From: an uncultured Gammaproteobacteria bacterium
Lineage (GTDB): Bacteria; Pseudomonadota; Gammaproteobacteria; UBA9214
NCBI GenBank assembly: GCA_963827755.1
Contig: CAWHCQ010000040.1
Location: 39,716-103,715 of the forward strand
DNA: 64,000 nucleotides
Direction of reading: 5' to 3'
Under the pieces are notes generated by a model, which did no database searches, was not told the origin of the DNA, and saw only the letters and a list, made by a program, of their open reading frames with translations. Made by a program: the position numbers and the translations under genes. Numbering within the stretch: position 1 is the stretch's first letter; every line of letters begins with the position of its first letter. Shown piece by piece: positions 35,272 through 45,303 of the stretch.

Positions 35272-35844
35272 CTAGTTATTTTTCACGCGCCTTACAAGAT
35301 GGTAATCCACCTGCCCGGCTTGCTTGCTGCGATGCAGCGTCCAGTTTTCGGGCAAATCAGGAACCAGCCCGTGCTCCGCTTCAAGGTACACCCAGGCCTC
35401 TGCTGCCAGCCAGCCACGCGTTTCAAGGGAATGCATGCATTCATCCAGGCGGCCTTCCCGAAACGGCGGATCAAGAAACACAATATCAAAGGCCCGCGGC
35501 AGCCCGGAAAGATAGTACCCGACATCTGCCTGCACCACCTCGACCTGTGTTGCCTGCAGCAGCGCCAGCTGTTCGCGCAGGCCTTCAACAACACGCGGCT
35601 GTTTTTCCACCAGCACCACTTCCGCGGCACCGCGTGATGCGGCCTCGATCCCCAACGCCCCGCTACCGGCAAACAGATCCAGGCAATGCCGCCCCCTGAT
35701 CACCGGCTCAAGCCAGTTAAACAGCGTTTCGCGAACGCGATCGGGCGTCGGTCGCAGGCCCGCTACCGGGGAAAATGCCAGTTTACGGCCACGCCAGGTA
35801 CCCGCAATAATGCGTACGCGATTGTTTGCCTGCCTTGAATCCAT
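35272..35844 (-). CDS. rsmD: 16S rRNA m2G966 methyltransferase
   Basis: RIIAGTWRGR, LRPTPDRVRETLFNWL, DLFAGSGALG, FLDPPF. Confidence 0.96.
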   Translation of the reverse strand: MDSRQANNRVRIIAGTWRGRKLAFSPVAGLRPTPDRVRETLFNWLEPVIRGRHCLDLFAGSGALGIEAASRGAAEVVLVEKQPRVVEGLREQLALLQATQVEVVQADVGYYLSGLPRAFDIVFLDPPFREGRLDECMHSLETRGWLAAEAWVYLEAEHGLVPDLPENWTLHRSKQAGQVDYHLVRRVKNN

Positions 35845-35887
35845 TGCACATCATGATCAGGCCTTGCCCGGTACCCGTCAAACAAAA

Positions 35888-36542
35888 TCACTTTCGCAAG
35901 CGGCGGCTTACTCCCGCCAGGCCGGCAACACCCGACATGAACAGCACAAGGGCCGGTGGCAGCGGCACCGTGACCACCTCCAGGGCACCCGGCGACGGCG
36001 TGTCCAGCATGATGAAATCCGCCAGGTTGTCATTGCTGTCCAGGCGCGGATCAATGCGCGCAAGGCTGCGACCGGCGGGCACATCGACAGCGGCGCGGCC
36101 TTCGCCGCCAAAAACGCCTGCAATAAAATCCCCGTAACCGAGGGCATCCAGCACCATCACGGCGATTACGCAACACGAGTGAGTCCGGACCGTTTTGTAA
36201 ATCCACCTCGACAACCAGGTCGGCATTCGCGACCAGGCTGGCGCCATCACCCCGGTCATCGGCAACAAGGAATATCCCGTCAGCCGGAATCTCGCCTGCC
36301 AGGGGTACACGCCGGTAGACCACACCATCCTTGCCATTGATACCCTCCAGCAGCAGCCCATCGAGCACTGTTCCGGGTTCGCCGAACAACTCGACAAACA
36401 CGTAGCCGTTGTCCGTACCTGTTGCATCGTATAAAACTTCCGAGATCACCGTGCCTGCATCGCACTGTACCCCCGCCAGCAAGGCCACCGTAATCGAGAC
36501 ACTCCGAAGTGTCGGTAATACGAATCTTTTTTTGACAGACAT
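35888..36542 (-). CDS. Lamin-tail-like surface protein with VPLP(A/P) PEP-CTERM-type sorting signal (+1 frameshift near 36165)
   Basis: VISEVLYD...FVEL in 36051..36554; VPLPPALVLFMSGVAGLAGVSRRLRK in 35888..36427. Confidence 0.75.
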
Positions 36543-36710
36543 AATCCCCTCCATGGCAACTGAACCCGCCTTTCACCGCAACTCCCTTGCAGGTCAGGCA
36601 ACAATAGAATCACTCGGACAAATCAGGCGTCCCTGCCCGGGCCCGTCAACGGGTGTCCTTGCATGCAAGTCTATGCCTGCACCCGTGGGCCTGGCAGCCG
36701 GCGTAACGAA

Positions 36711-36744
36711 ACACGGCCTGTCGGTCAAGCCCGACAGGCCGTGT
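36711..36744. terminator. Strong hairpin downstream of the M16 peptidase genes
   Basis: acacggcctgtcgg-tcaagc-ccgacaggccgtgt; lacks a clear U tract. Confidence 0.5.
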
Positions 36745-36775
36745 AGTTACATGCAAAAAAGTAAAGGAATGTGCT

Positions 36776-38098
36776 TTAAGGCTCACCGCCAACAATGACA
36801 GTCGCCATCCTGTCCGGTATCACGCGACGCTTGTACGCATCCATAATCTGTTCACGCGTCACGGCCATCACCTTGTCATTGAAGGTTTCCAGGTAATCCA
36901 GGGGCAGGTCGTAGAATGCAATCATGTTGACATACTCGCGGATACTGGTATTGCTCTCGATACGCAGGGGAAAGCCGCCGGTAATGTTCTTTTTCGCCGC
37001 CACCAGTTCGTCTTGCGTTGGCCCTTCATCAATAAACGTCTGCAGGGTCTGGCGCAGCACGGCAAGGGCCTCGTCGACCTGCGTGTTTTTCGTTTGCAGG
37101 GACAGGATGTAGGGACCTGCCTGTTCCATGGGAGATAAATCACTGCTCACCCCGTATGAAAGCCCGCGGTCCTCGCGGACTTCCTGGAACAGGCGCGACA
37201 CCAGCCCACCGCCACCGAGGATGTGGTTACCGACATAGAGGGGAAAAAAGTCGGGATCGCCACGGCGAACCAGTGGCGCACCCATGCGCACGTGCGTCTG
37301 TGTAGAGGGATGAAATATCCGCTTCTCGGTCGCCTCCCCCAGCAGCGGGACCGGTGGCACCGGGGCTGCGCGCTCACCCGCCGGCAGACCGCTCAGCAAC
37401 TCCGCGGCCAGCGCCTCGGCGGCCTTGCGATCGAGGGCACCGACAATGGTAACCACGGCATTTTTCGCAACATAGTAGCGGTCATAATAGGCACGCAGGT
37501 CTTTCGGTCCCAGCTTCTTCAGACCTTCCTCGGTGCCTTCCGGTCGCGCGGCATAGGGGTGCTCGCCAAAAGCGGCATAAAAGAACTGGTAGCCGGCAAT
37601 CGTAGACGGCGACTGGTCGCCGCGACGCAATGCAACCAGCAGGCGCTCTCGTTCGCGCTCCAGGTCCTTCTCTTTAAAGTCGGGTTTGGTGAGCACATCG
37701 CGGAAGATCTCCAGTGCCGGTTGCAGGTAGGCTGCATCACTCAGGCTGCGCAATGTCAGCCAGGCCATGTCACGCGCCGAGCCCGTGCCCAGCTGTGCGC
37801 CAAGTGCCTCGGCACGAATCGCGATTTCGTCGGCACTGAGGCCGGCCGCACCCTTGTCCAGCAGCGTTGACGTCAAAAGAGCCACGCCCGGCTGGCCGTC
37901 ATCGTGCGAACTGCCGGCCGCAAACGTAATTCCGACATCGACAATCGGCAGCTCCGGCGCCGGCACAAAATACACCCGGGCACCGTTGCCTGTTTGCCAG
38001 TGCTGTATCGGCTGCATCGCCAGCACCGGGGCAGCACAGAGCAAACAGCCCGCCACCAGGCCAAGCAGGGGTATTATCCTGCGCCCCGCCATCTGCAA
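36776..38098 (-). CDS. M16 peptidase, non-catalytic subunit
   Basis: M16 fold, GGGGLVSRLFQEVREDRGLSY, no HxxEH. Confidence 0.9.
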   Translation of the reverse strand: MQMAGRRIIPLLGLVAGCLLCAAPVLAMQPIQHWQTGNGARVYFVPAPELPIVDVGITFAAGSSHDDGQPGVALLTSTLLDKGAAGLSADEIAIRAEALGAQLGTGSARDMAWLTLRSLSDAAYLQPALEIFRDVLTKPDFKEKDLERERERLLVALRRGDQSPSTIAGYQFFYAAFGEHPYAARPEGTEEGLKKLGPKDLRAYYDRYYVAKNAVVTIVGALDRKAAEALAAELLSGLPAGERAAPVPPVPLLGEATEKRIFHPSTQTHVRMGAPLVRRGDPDFFPLYVGNHILGGGGLVSRLFQEVREDRGLSYGVSSDLSPMEQAGPYILSLQTKNTQVDEALAVLRQTLQTFIDEGPTQDELVAAKKNITGGFPLRIESNTSIREYVNMIAFYDLPLDYLETFNDKVMAVTREQIMDAYKRRVIPDRMATVIVGGEP

Positions 38099-39474
38099 AC
38101 CTGTCCGGTTAATGCTCCATGACCACCCCCCGCAGCGGCCGGTCGCCGTTTCTTCTGCTCCATGGGTAACGGGTCCAGCATGCCGATCGTCAGCTGGTCC
38201 TCGACAAGATATTTCCTTGCCACGGCCTGTACCTGTTCGGCGGTGACCGCATCGATACGCTCGACGTACTCATCCAGCAGTTGCCAGTCGAGATCGACAG
38301 CCTCGAGCATGCCGATTTTCATCGCCTGGTAAAACGTCGAATCCTGCTGATAGACCTCCCCCGCGACAACGGATGTCTTGACCCGCGCCAGTTCGTCCTC
38401 GCTGACCGGTGATTCCTGTACGCGCCTGACCTGTTCCAGCAGCGCATCCTGCAACTCGGCCATGGTATGTGCATCGGCAGGAACACCATCGATCAGAAAC
38501 AGCGACTGCTGCCGCTCATATGGGTCATAACTGGCACCGGCACTGTTCGCAACCTGGCTGCCGCGTACCAGCTCGCGGGAAAACCGCGCACTGTCGCCGC
38601 CATCGAGGATACCCGACAGCACATCCAGCGCGTACGGTTCCCACGCCTCGCTGGCCGTTTTCAAGACCGGGGCCTTGTATCCCATAACGAGATAGGGCAC
38701 TTCGGCCGGCGCCTTCACGGTAATGCGCCGCAGTCCGCTCTGTGCCGGTTCCAGCCGCGGTTTCGGCTTGACGACCTTCTCGGGTTTCAGCGGGCCGAAA
38801 TATTTCTTCGCCAGCGCCAGCACCTCTTCCGCCTCGACGTCACCGACCACCACGACAATCGCATTGTTCGGTGCATACCAGCGCTGATACCAGTCCCGCA
38901 GATCGTCCGCCTCCATGTTCTCCAGGTCGTTCATCCAGCCAATGGTTGGAATACGCACCGGGCTGCTGATAAAAGCCGTTGCGACAAATTGTTCGTAGGT
39001 CAGTGAAACAGGCTTGTCTTCGGTGCGCAGGCGGCGCTCTTCCATGACAACATTTATTTCTTTCAGGAATTCCTCATCCTGCAGGTGCAGGTTGCGCATG
39101 CGGTCGGCCTCGAGTTCGAAGCTGATCGGCAGGCGGCTTTTTTCGAGACGCTGGTAATAAGCGGTATAATCCTGGCTGGTGAAGGCATTCTGGCTGCCGC
39201 CGTTCTCGGCGATTATCCGTGAAAACTCACCCGGCGGGTGTTTGTCGGTACCCTTGAACATCATGTGTTCCAGCACATGGGACACGCCGGTGATGCCGTC
39301 GTGTTCGTAACTGGCCCCGACGCGATACCACACCTGCGAGACCACTGTCGGGGCCCGGTGATCCTCCCTGACGACCAGCTTGAGGCCGTTATCAAGGTAA
39401 TATTCGTGCACCTGGCCGGCGGCCAGCAGCAGATTACTGCCGGCAAACAGGATTATTGCAATCAAACTACGCAT
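38074..39474 (-). CDS. M16 zinc peptidase, catalytic subunit
   Basis: HVLEHMMFKG, NAFT, WYAPNNA. Confidence 0.93.
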   Translation of the reverse strand: MRSLIAIILFAGSNLLLAAGQVHEYYLDNGLKLVVREDHRAPTVVSQVWYRVGASYEHDGITGVSHVLEHMMFKGTDKHPPGEFSRIIAENGGSQNAFTSQDYTAYYQRLEKSRLPISFELEADRMRNLHLQDEEFLKEINVVMEERRLRTEDKPVSLTYEQFVATAFISSPVRIPTIGWMNDLENMEADDLRDWYQRWYAPNNAIVVVVGDVEAEEVLALAKKYFGPLKPEKVVKPKPRLEPAQSGLRRITVKAPAEVPYLVMGYKAPVLKTASEAWEPYALDVLSGILDGGDSARFSRELVRGSQVANSAGASYDPYERQQSLFLIDGVPADAHTMAELQDALLEQVRRVQESPVSEDELARVKTSVVAGEVYQQDSTFYQAMKIGMLEAVDLDWQLLDEYVERIDAVTAEQVQAVARKYLVEDQLTIGMLDPLPMEQKKRRPAAAGGGHGALTGQVCRWRGAG

Positions 39475-39576
39475 TCAGCCACTCCTGAATAAAATATCGA
39501 TGGTTAACCCGAACGGGTATGGGATGATAGGATATCCGCCATTAAAATTCCCGAACTATTACTGACAGATAATTTC

Positions 39577-40545
39577 ATGCTTGGTTTCCGCAAAAACAGA
39601 ACATCGGCTGAAAAAGACAAAGCTGTAAAAACCGGGCTGTTATCCCGCCTCAAGGAAGGCCTGTCCCGCACCCGTCAGAACCTGACCGGGGGTATTGCCG
39701 ACCTGGTCCTTGGCAGCAAATCGATTGACGAGGATTTACTGGAGGAAATCGAAACCCGGCTGCTGATGGCCGATGTCGGCGTGGACGCAACCCGTGAAAT
39801 CATCGACAAACTGACGCAGCAGGTGGCACGCAGGGAACTTGGCGATGCCGATACGCTGATGGCCGCCCTGCACGATCACATGCAAACCATTCTCGAGCCG
39901 GTCTCGCAACCGCTCATCCCGGCAGCACCCGGCGGTACTTTTGTCATCCTCATGGTCGGCATCAACGGTGCCGGCAAGACCACGACCATCGGCAAGCTTG
40001 CGCACCGCTTCCAGCAGGACGGCAAAAGTGTGATGCTCGCGGCAGGCGACACCTTCCGCGCCGCCGCCGTCGAACAACTGCAGATATGGGGCGAACGCAA
40101 CGACATACCCGTGATTGCCCAGCAGCAGGGCGCTGATGCTGCCTCGGTCATCTTCGATGCCCTGCAGTCGGCCCGCGCCCGTGGCATCGACGTGCTCATC
40201 GCCGATACCGCGGGAAGACTGCACACCCAGTCCAACCTTATGGAAGAGCTGAAAAAAATCAAGCGCGTCATGGGCAAGGTCGACGAACACGCCCCGCACG
40301 AGGTGATGCTGGTGGTCGATGCCGGCACCGGCCAGAACGCACTGAACCAGGCGCAGGAATTCAACAAGGCCGTGGGACTTACCGGCATCACCCTGACCAA
40401 GCTGGACGGCACCGCCAAGGGCGGCATCGTGTTTGCCATTGCCCGACAGCTGAATATCCCGCTGAGATTTATCGGTGTCGGTGAGGGTATCGAGAACCTG
40501 CGCGAATTCAATGCGAGCGAGTTTGTCGATGCGATGACAGCGTGA
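39577..40545 (+). CDS. ftsY: SRP receptor FtsY
   Basis: GINGAGKTTTIGK, DTAGR, TKLDGTAKGG. Confidence 0.97.
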   Translation: MLGFRKNRTSAEKDKAVKTGLLSRLKEGLSRTRQNLTGGIADLVLGSKSIDEDLLEEIETRLLMADVGVDATREIIDKLTQQVARRELGDADTLMAALHDHMQTILEPVSQPLIPAAPGGTFVILMVGINGAGKTTTIGKLAHRFQQDGKSVMLAAGDTFRAAAVEQLQIWGERNDIPVIAQQQGADAASVIFDALQSARARGIDVLIADTAGRLHTQSNLMEELKKIKRVMGKVDEHAPHEVMLVVDAGTGQNALNQAQEFNKAVGLTGITLTKLDGTAKGGIVFAIARQLNIPLRFIGVGEGIENLREFNASEFVDAMTA

Positions 40546-40709
40546 TCGGCGTAAAACGCACCCTGCGAATGGCGGGTGCAATGGCCGGAGATGCATCCAT
40601 GCCCATTCGGGAGCCGGAACGTACCGTACGGTTGTCTGGATGGGTCATGTGCGTAAAACGCACCTGCACAAATTTCACAAATATCCCAGAGGCGCCCTGA
40701 CAGACAGCA

Positions 40710-41381
40710 ATGATCCGTTTCGACAACATCAGCAAGCGCTACCCGGGCGGCTTTGAGGCGCTCAGTAATGTCAGCTTTCACCTGCACGCAGGTGCGATGG
40801 CCTTTCTGACCGGGCATTCCGGCGCCGGGAAAAGCACGCTGTTGAAGCTGATCGCACTGATCGAACGCAGCACGCGCGGACAGATCTTCGTTGACGGCAA
40901 GAATGTTTCAAACATCAGCGCCCGTCGCATACCCTATGTACGCCGCAAGATCGGCTTCATCTTCCAGGACCATAACCTGCTGTTCGACAGGACCGTGTTC
41001 GAGAATGTCGCCCTGCCGCTGGTTATCGCCGGCTACCGGCACCAGGAAATCGGCCGCCGGGTACGCGCGGCCCTCGACAAGGTTGGCCTGCTCAGCAAGG
41101 AAAAACTCCTGCCCATTACACTTTCCGGCGGGGAGCAGCAACGCGTCGGCATCGCACGCGCCGTCGTCAACAAGCCCATGCTGCTGCTTGCCGACGAACC
41201 TACCGGAAACCTCGACCCCGGCCTGTCGCGCGAAGTCATGGCGCTGTTTTCGCAATTCAATGATGTCGGCGTCAGCGTGCTGATCGCCAGCCACGACATC
41301 ACGCTGATCGAGGAACTCGACTACCCGGTACTTGCCCTGGACCATGGCAGGCTGGCGTTTGCGGGGACAGATAACGCATGA
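40710..41381 (+). CDS. ftsE: Cell division ATP-binding protein FtsE
   Basis: [23 protein letters not shown]; between ftsY and ftsX. Confidence 0.96.
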   Translation: MIRFDNISKRYPGGFEALSNVSFHLHAGAMAFLTGHSGAGKSTLLKLIALIERSTRGQIFVDGKNVSNISARRIPYVRRKIGFIFQDHNLLFDRTVFENVALPLVIAGYRHQEIGRRVRAALDKVGLLSKEKLLPITLSGGEQQRVGIARAVVNKPMLLLADEPTGNLDPGLSREVMALFSQFNDVGVSVLIASHDITLIEELDYPVLALDHGRLAFAGTDNA

Positions 41382-42364
41382 GCCGGTCACAGAAGAACAA
41401 GCGTCACTCGCAATATCACTGGCGCAACCGGCTGCGCCGCCTGCTGTCACCACGAACCTGGCTGCAACTCCATGCCAGCGTCGCCCTCGACAGCCTCAGG
41501 CGCATGGCCCGCAACCGCTCGTCCTCGGTCATGACAGCTGCGGTCATCGGCATTGCGCTGGCCATGCCTTCCGGCCTGTACCTGTTGTTGAACAACATCG
41601 AGCGGTTGAGTGGCTCCTGGGATGGCCAGGCATCACTGTCCGTTTTTCTCAAGGATTCGGTCACACCGGACGCCGCCATGCGACTGATGAAAACCGTGCA
41701 GGGCTGGCCGGAGATCGACCGTGTAGAACTCATAACGCCACAACAGGCACTTGATGAATTCAGCCGGCACTCGGGCTTTGCAGATGTACTCGGCACCCTT
41801 GAGCGCAACCCCTTGCCGAGCGTGCTGATTGTCCAGCCAATCGCGGCGCATGCCGGGCCTGCGACCGCCGCGGCCCTGCGCGACAAGTTCACCAGGCTGC
41901 CGGAAACCGGGCTTGCCCAGCTGGACCTGGAATGGGTACAACGGCTCTCCGCCATGATCGAGATTGCCCGGCGCGGCGTGCTGGTCGTCAGTTCACTGCT
42001 GGCACTGGCGGTATTACTGGTAATCGGCAATACCATCCGCCTGGAGATCCAGAACCGTCGCGACGAAATCGTGGTCACCAAGCTGATCGGTGCCACCAAC
42101 GGCTTTGTGCGCCGCCCGTTTCTCTACAGCGGTGTCTGGTACGGTGTGCTGGGTGCGATCATCGCCTGGTTACTGGTCGAGGGCGGTTTCATTGTGCTTT
42201 CGGCCCCGGTCGCAAAACTGGCCGGTCTCTATGAAAGCGGCTTCAGCCTGCAGACCCTGCCCCTGCAACTCCTGTTACTGCTGCTCGGCGCCGGCATGCT
42301 GCTCGGCCTGCTCGGTTCCTGGCTGGCGGTCGGGCGCCACCTCAGCGCCATCCGCCCGAGATAA
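41378..42364 (+). CDS. ftsX: Cell division permease FtsX
   Basis: NPLP, GNTIRLEI, KLIGATNGFVRRPF. Confidence 0.95.
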   Translation: MSRSQKNKRHSQYHWRNRLRRLLSPRTWLQLHASVALDSLRRMARNRSSSVMTAAVIGIALAMPSGLYLLLNNIERLSGSWDGQASLSVFLKDSVTPDAAMRLMKTVQGWPEIDRVELITPQQALDEFSRHSGFADVLGTLERNPLPSVLIVQPIAAHAGPATAAALRDKFTRLPETGLAQLDLEWVQRLSAMIEIARRGVLVVSSLLALAVLLVIGNTIRLEIQNRRDEIVVTKLIGATNGFVRRPFLYSGVWYGVLGAIIAWLLVEGGFIVLSAPVAKLAGLYESGFSLQTLPLQLLLLLLGAGMLLGLLGSWLAVGRHLSAIRPR

Positions 42365-42529
42365 GCCACCGGATCGCAGCGCGTCGCCCGAATGCAGCGC
42401 AGCGAAATCCGGGGATGCGGCCATGCACCCGGATTCCGGCCTTTGACCGCCATCCAGGCGATGCTGTTTCGGGCCGGCCAACACCGGCACGGGCAACTCA
42501 AGAATGCCTTGCGGCGGCCGATTTCCCTG

Positions 42530-42571
42530 GAACTTTTCAGTCAATTGGCACTCTCATGACATGAGTGCTAA
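42530..42571 (+). promoter_or_regulatory. Sigma-E-like promoter overlapped by a CIRCE element upstream of rpoH
   Basis: GAACTT-16-TCTCA (42530-42556); TTGGCACTC-N9-GAGTGCTAA (42545-42571). Confidence 0.85.
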
Positions 42572-42602
42572 TATTGATAGCAACTGTAACCAGGGACACC
42601 CT

Positions 42603-43472
42603 ATGACTACTGACTTAATTATTAAAAATCAGTCACTTGCCATACCTCTGCCGACCGGCAGCCTGGATCAGTATATTCGGGCGGCCTTTACCATTCCGGT
42701 CCTCAGCGCCGAGGAAGAGCGCGCGCTGGCCCTGCGCCTGCAGAACGAAAACGACCTCGATGCGGCACGCACCCTGGTGATGTCGCACCTGCGCTTCGTG
42801 GTGCGCGTCGCACGCGGCTACAGCGGCTATGGGCTGGCACTCGCCGACCTGATACAGGAAGGCAACATCGGCCTGATGAAGGCGGTCAAGCGCTTCGATC
42901 CGGATGCCGGCGTCCGCCTGGTGTCCTACGCCGTGCACTGGGTGCGTGCCGAAATGCACGAGTTCATCCTGCGCAACTGGCGCATCGTCAAGGTCGCCAC
43001 CACCAAGGCACAGCGCAAGCTGTTCTTTAACCTGCGCGGCAAGAAACAGCGCCTCGGCTGGTTAAACCAGGATGAAGTCAACGGCATCGCCGAGGACCTC
43101 GGCGTGAAACCGGAGGTCGTCCAGGAAATGGAATCACGCCTCAGCGGCCACGACATCGGCTTTGACCTGAGTGCAGCCGATGACGACGAAGACACGCGCT
43201 GTTTCGCACCGGCGGCCTACCTGACCGATGAATCAAATGACCCCGCCCTCACCGTCGAGCAGCAGGAATGGAGCTCGACCAATACCACTGACCTGGGCGA
43301 GGCACTGAAGACGCTCGACGAGCGCAGCCGGGTTATCCTCGAGGAACGCTGGCTGAGTGATGAAAAAAGCACCCTGCATGAACTTGCTGCCCGCTTTGAC
43401 GTCTCGGCCGAGCGCATCCGCCAGCTTGAAAAGAACGCCATCGGCAAACTGAAGAAAACAATGCTGGCCTGA
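42603..43472 (+). CDS. rpoH: RNA polymerase sigma-32
   Basis: [14 protein letters not shown], RpoH box [16 protein letters not shown]. Confidence 0.97.
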   Translation: MTTDLIIKNQSLAIPLPTGSLDQYIRAAFTIPVLSAEEERALALRLQNENDLDAARTLVMSHLRFVVRVARGYSGYGLALADLIQEGNIGLMKAVKRFDPDAGVRLVSYAVHWVRAEMHEFILRNWRIVKVATTKAQRKLFFNLRGKKQRLGWLNQDEVNGIAEDLGVKPEVVQEMESRLSGHDIGFDLSAADDDEDTRCFAPAAYLTDESNDPALTVEQQEWSSTNTTDLGEALKTLDERSRVILEERWLSDEKSTLHELAARFDVSAERIRQLEKNAIGKLKKTMLA

Positions 43473-43533
43473 TACAGCGGTCTGTTTGAATAAAAACGGC
43501 CCTGGCTTGCTGTTATTCGTGTGTCGGTGACTG

Positions 43534-43989
43534 TCAGGCCTGGTTCTCCAGCCTGGCCGGCCCGGATCGATGCTTCCTGATAACCACCGTACCCGCAAGC
43601 TTGTCATGCCAGCCTTGCTTGCGTTTATCAAAAGCAACCCAGATGAAGCCGAGACAAAGGGGAATCGCTGACAAATAATACGCCAGGTAGCGCCCGATAA
43701 ACTGGCCGGTCGAAGGCTTGCCCCCGGTTTTTGCATCGACGATGACCAGCCTGGTTACCATCTTCCCCGGTGTTGCAGACTTGTAAATCCAGAAGACAAT
43801 GACTGCGACTGCCGGAAGTACGTAGCTGAACAAGACGTCCCAGACACCCAGTGACAACGACCCGCTTGACCAGTAAGCCTTGCCATAAATAGCAGAGAGC
43901 AGCGGGTAAATGATGATCATCAGCAGGATGGTGTCTATTAATGAGGCAACGACCCTGATCCAGAATCCGGCGTATTCCTGTTCACCCAT
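43534..43989 (-). CDS. RDD family membrane protein
   Basis: YAGFWIRVVASLID, TPGK, KQGWHDKLAGT. Confidence 0.9.
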   Translation of the reverse strand: MGEQEYAGFWIRVVASLIDTILLMIIIYPLLSAIYGKAYWSSGSLSLGVWDVLFSYVLPAVAVIVFWIYKSATPGKMVTRLVIVDAKTGGKPSTGQFIGRYLAYYLSAIPLCLGFIWVAFDKRKQGWHDKLAGTVVIRKHRSGPARLENQA

Positions 43990-44103
43990 AATTACTCCTG
44001 AAAACCCTGAGCAACTCGCCATTGAAATATAATGCATTCATCAAACAGCGTGTCGTTGCAATTTACCGGCATATAAAACACAGCAGTCACGACGGATATA
44101 TAC

Positions 44104-45300
44104 CTAGCGCACCACGATGCGCACGCCGTCCTCGACATCTTCACCGGGATGATTGATAACCGTTTCCCCCTCGGCCAGGCCGGCAAGAATCTGCGCGCTC
44201 AGACCGTTGCGCTGTCCCACGCTGACCTCGCGGCGCATGGCGCGATTACCCTCGATGACAAACACGGCCCATCCCCCGTTGTAGCGGAACAGGCTGCTGG
44301 CCGGGACCTGCAGGATATCGTCTTCATGCCAGAGCATGAAACTCGCCTCGACCCGGTAACCATCTCCCAGGCGCTGCCATTGTTCTGCGGCGCTGGTGAA
44401 GTCCGAAATGATCAGCACCCGCTGCTCTTCCACCCCCAGGGCGGAGATCTTGGTAAAGCCGACCGGTTCGATATTGCGCACGATACCCTCAAGCGGCTGA
44501 TCGCCGCCCCAGCGATCGAACAGCACCTTCATGCCCGGCTTGATCTTCACGGCATCGGCGGAGAGCACATCGACTTCCACTTCCAGCGCCGCGGGGTCGC
44601 CCACTTCCAGCAGCGGATCACCGGTGCGAACCGGGCCCTCGCATTCGTGCGCGACTTTGAGAATCCTGCCGCTAACAGGGGAGCGTACCGGCACCCGTTC
44701 AGCCGGTTCATCGCCGCTGCCGGCACCGTATTCAAGCACGCTCTCGGCCGCTTCCAGTTCATAACTGGCCACTTCGACATTGAAGTCGGCCGAGCGTTTC
44801 GCGGCCGCGCTGGTCTGCGCCCCGGTTTCGGCCTTGTCGAAGGCATCGCGTGAAATCAGGCCCTTCTCGACCAGCGGCCGCAGACGTTCGAGTTCGGCCG
44901 TGGCCAGTTTTGCAGCAGCGGCAGTCGAGCGGACCTGTTCCCTGGCCGCGTGCAGGGCGGATTTTGCCGCCGCCACCTGCGCTGTTGCCCGGGCGCGGCT
45001 GCGTGGATCGAGCACCTGTGATTCCAGCGGTGTAATGCCCAGCAGCACCTGTCCCTGTTCAACAGGGTCACCGACATTCAGATCCACGCGACAGGCGACA
45101 CCATCCACCGGCGCCGCGATGCTGTAACGATCGATCACCCGCGTGCGGCCCTCTTCTTCGATGGTGATCGTCAGTGCCGCACGCCTCACTTTGACGGTTT
45201 CGACCAGCACCGGTTGCGGCCAGAAGCCCCACACCAGCAACCCGGCAATCAGCACGGCGATCAGCGTCATGACCGGATGTAATTTGAACGGCAGGACCAT
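44104..45300 (-). CDS. Efflux membrane fusion (periplasmic adaptor) protein
   Basis: EEGRTRV, lipoyl halves, KISALGVEEQRV, LGDGYRVEA. Confidence 0.9.
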   Translation of the reverse strand: MVLPFKLHPVMTLIAVLIAGLLVWGFWPQPVLVETVKVRRAALTITIEEEGRTRVIDRYSIAAPVDGVACRVDLNVGDPVEQGQVLLGITPLESQVLDPRSRARATAQVAAAKSALHAAREQVRSTAAAAKLATAELERLRPLVEKGLISRDAFDKAETGAQTSAAAKRSADFNVEVASYELEAAESVLEYGAGSGDEPAERVPVRSPVSGRILKVAHECEGPVRTGDPLLEVGDPAALEVEVDVLSADAVKIKPGMKVLFDRWGGDQPLEGIVRNIEPVGFTKISALGVEEQRVLIISDFTSAAEQWQRLGDGYRVEASFMLWHEDDILQVPASSLFRYNGGWAVFVIEGNRAMRREVSVGQRNGLSAQILAGLAEGETVINHPGEDVEDGVRIVVR

Positions 45301-45303
45301 CGG

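Noticed and set aside
36660-36680. Sigma-54 promoter for the PEP-CTERM-type gene (AGGCATAGACTTGCA, minus strand)
   Set aside because: GG to GC spacing is 9 rather than the required 10
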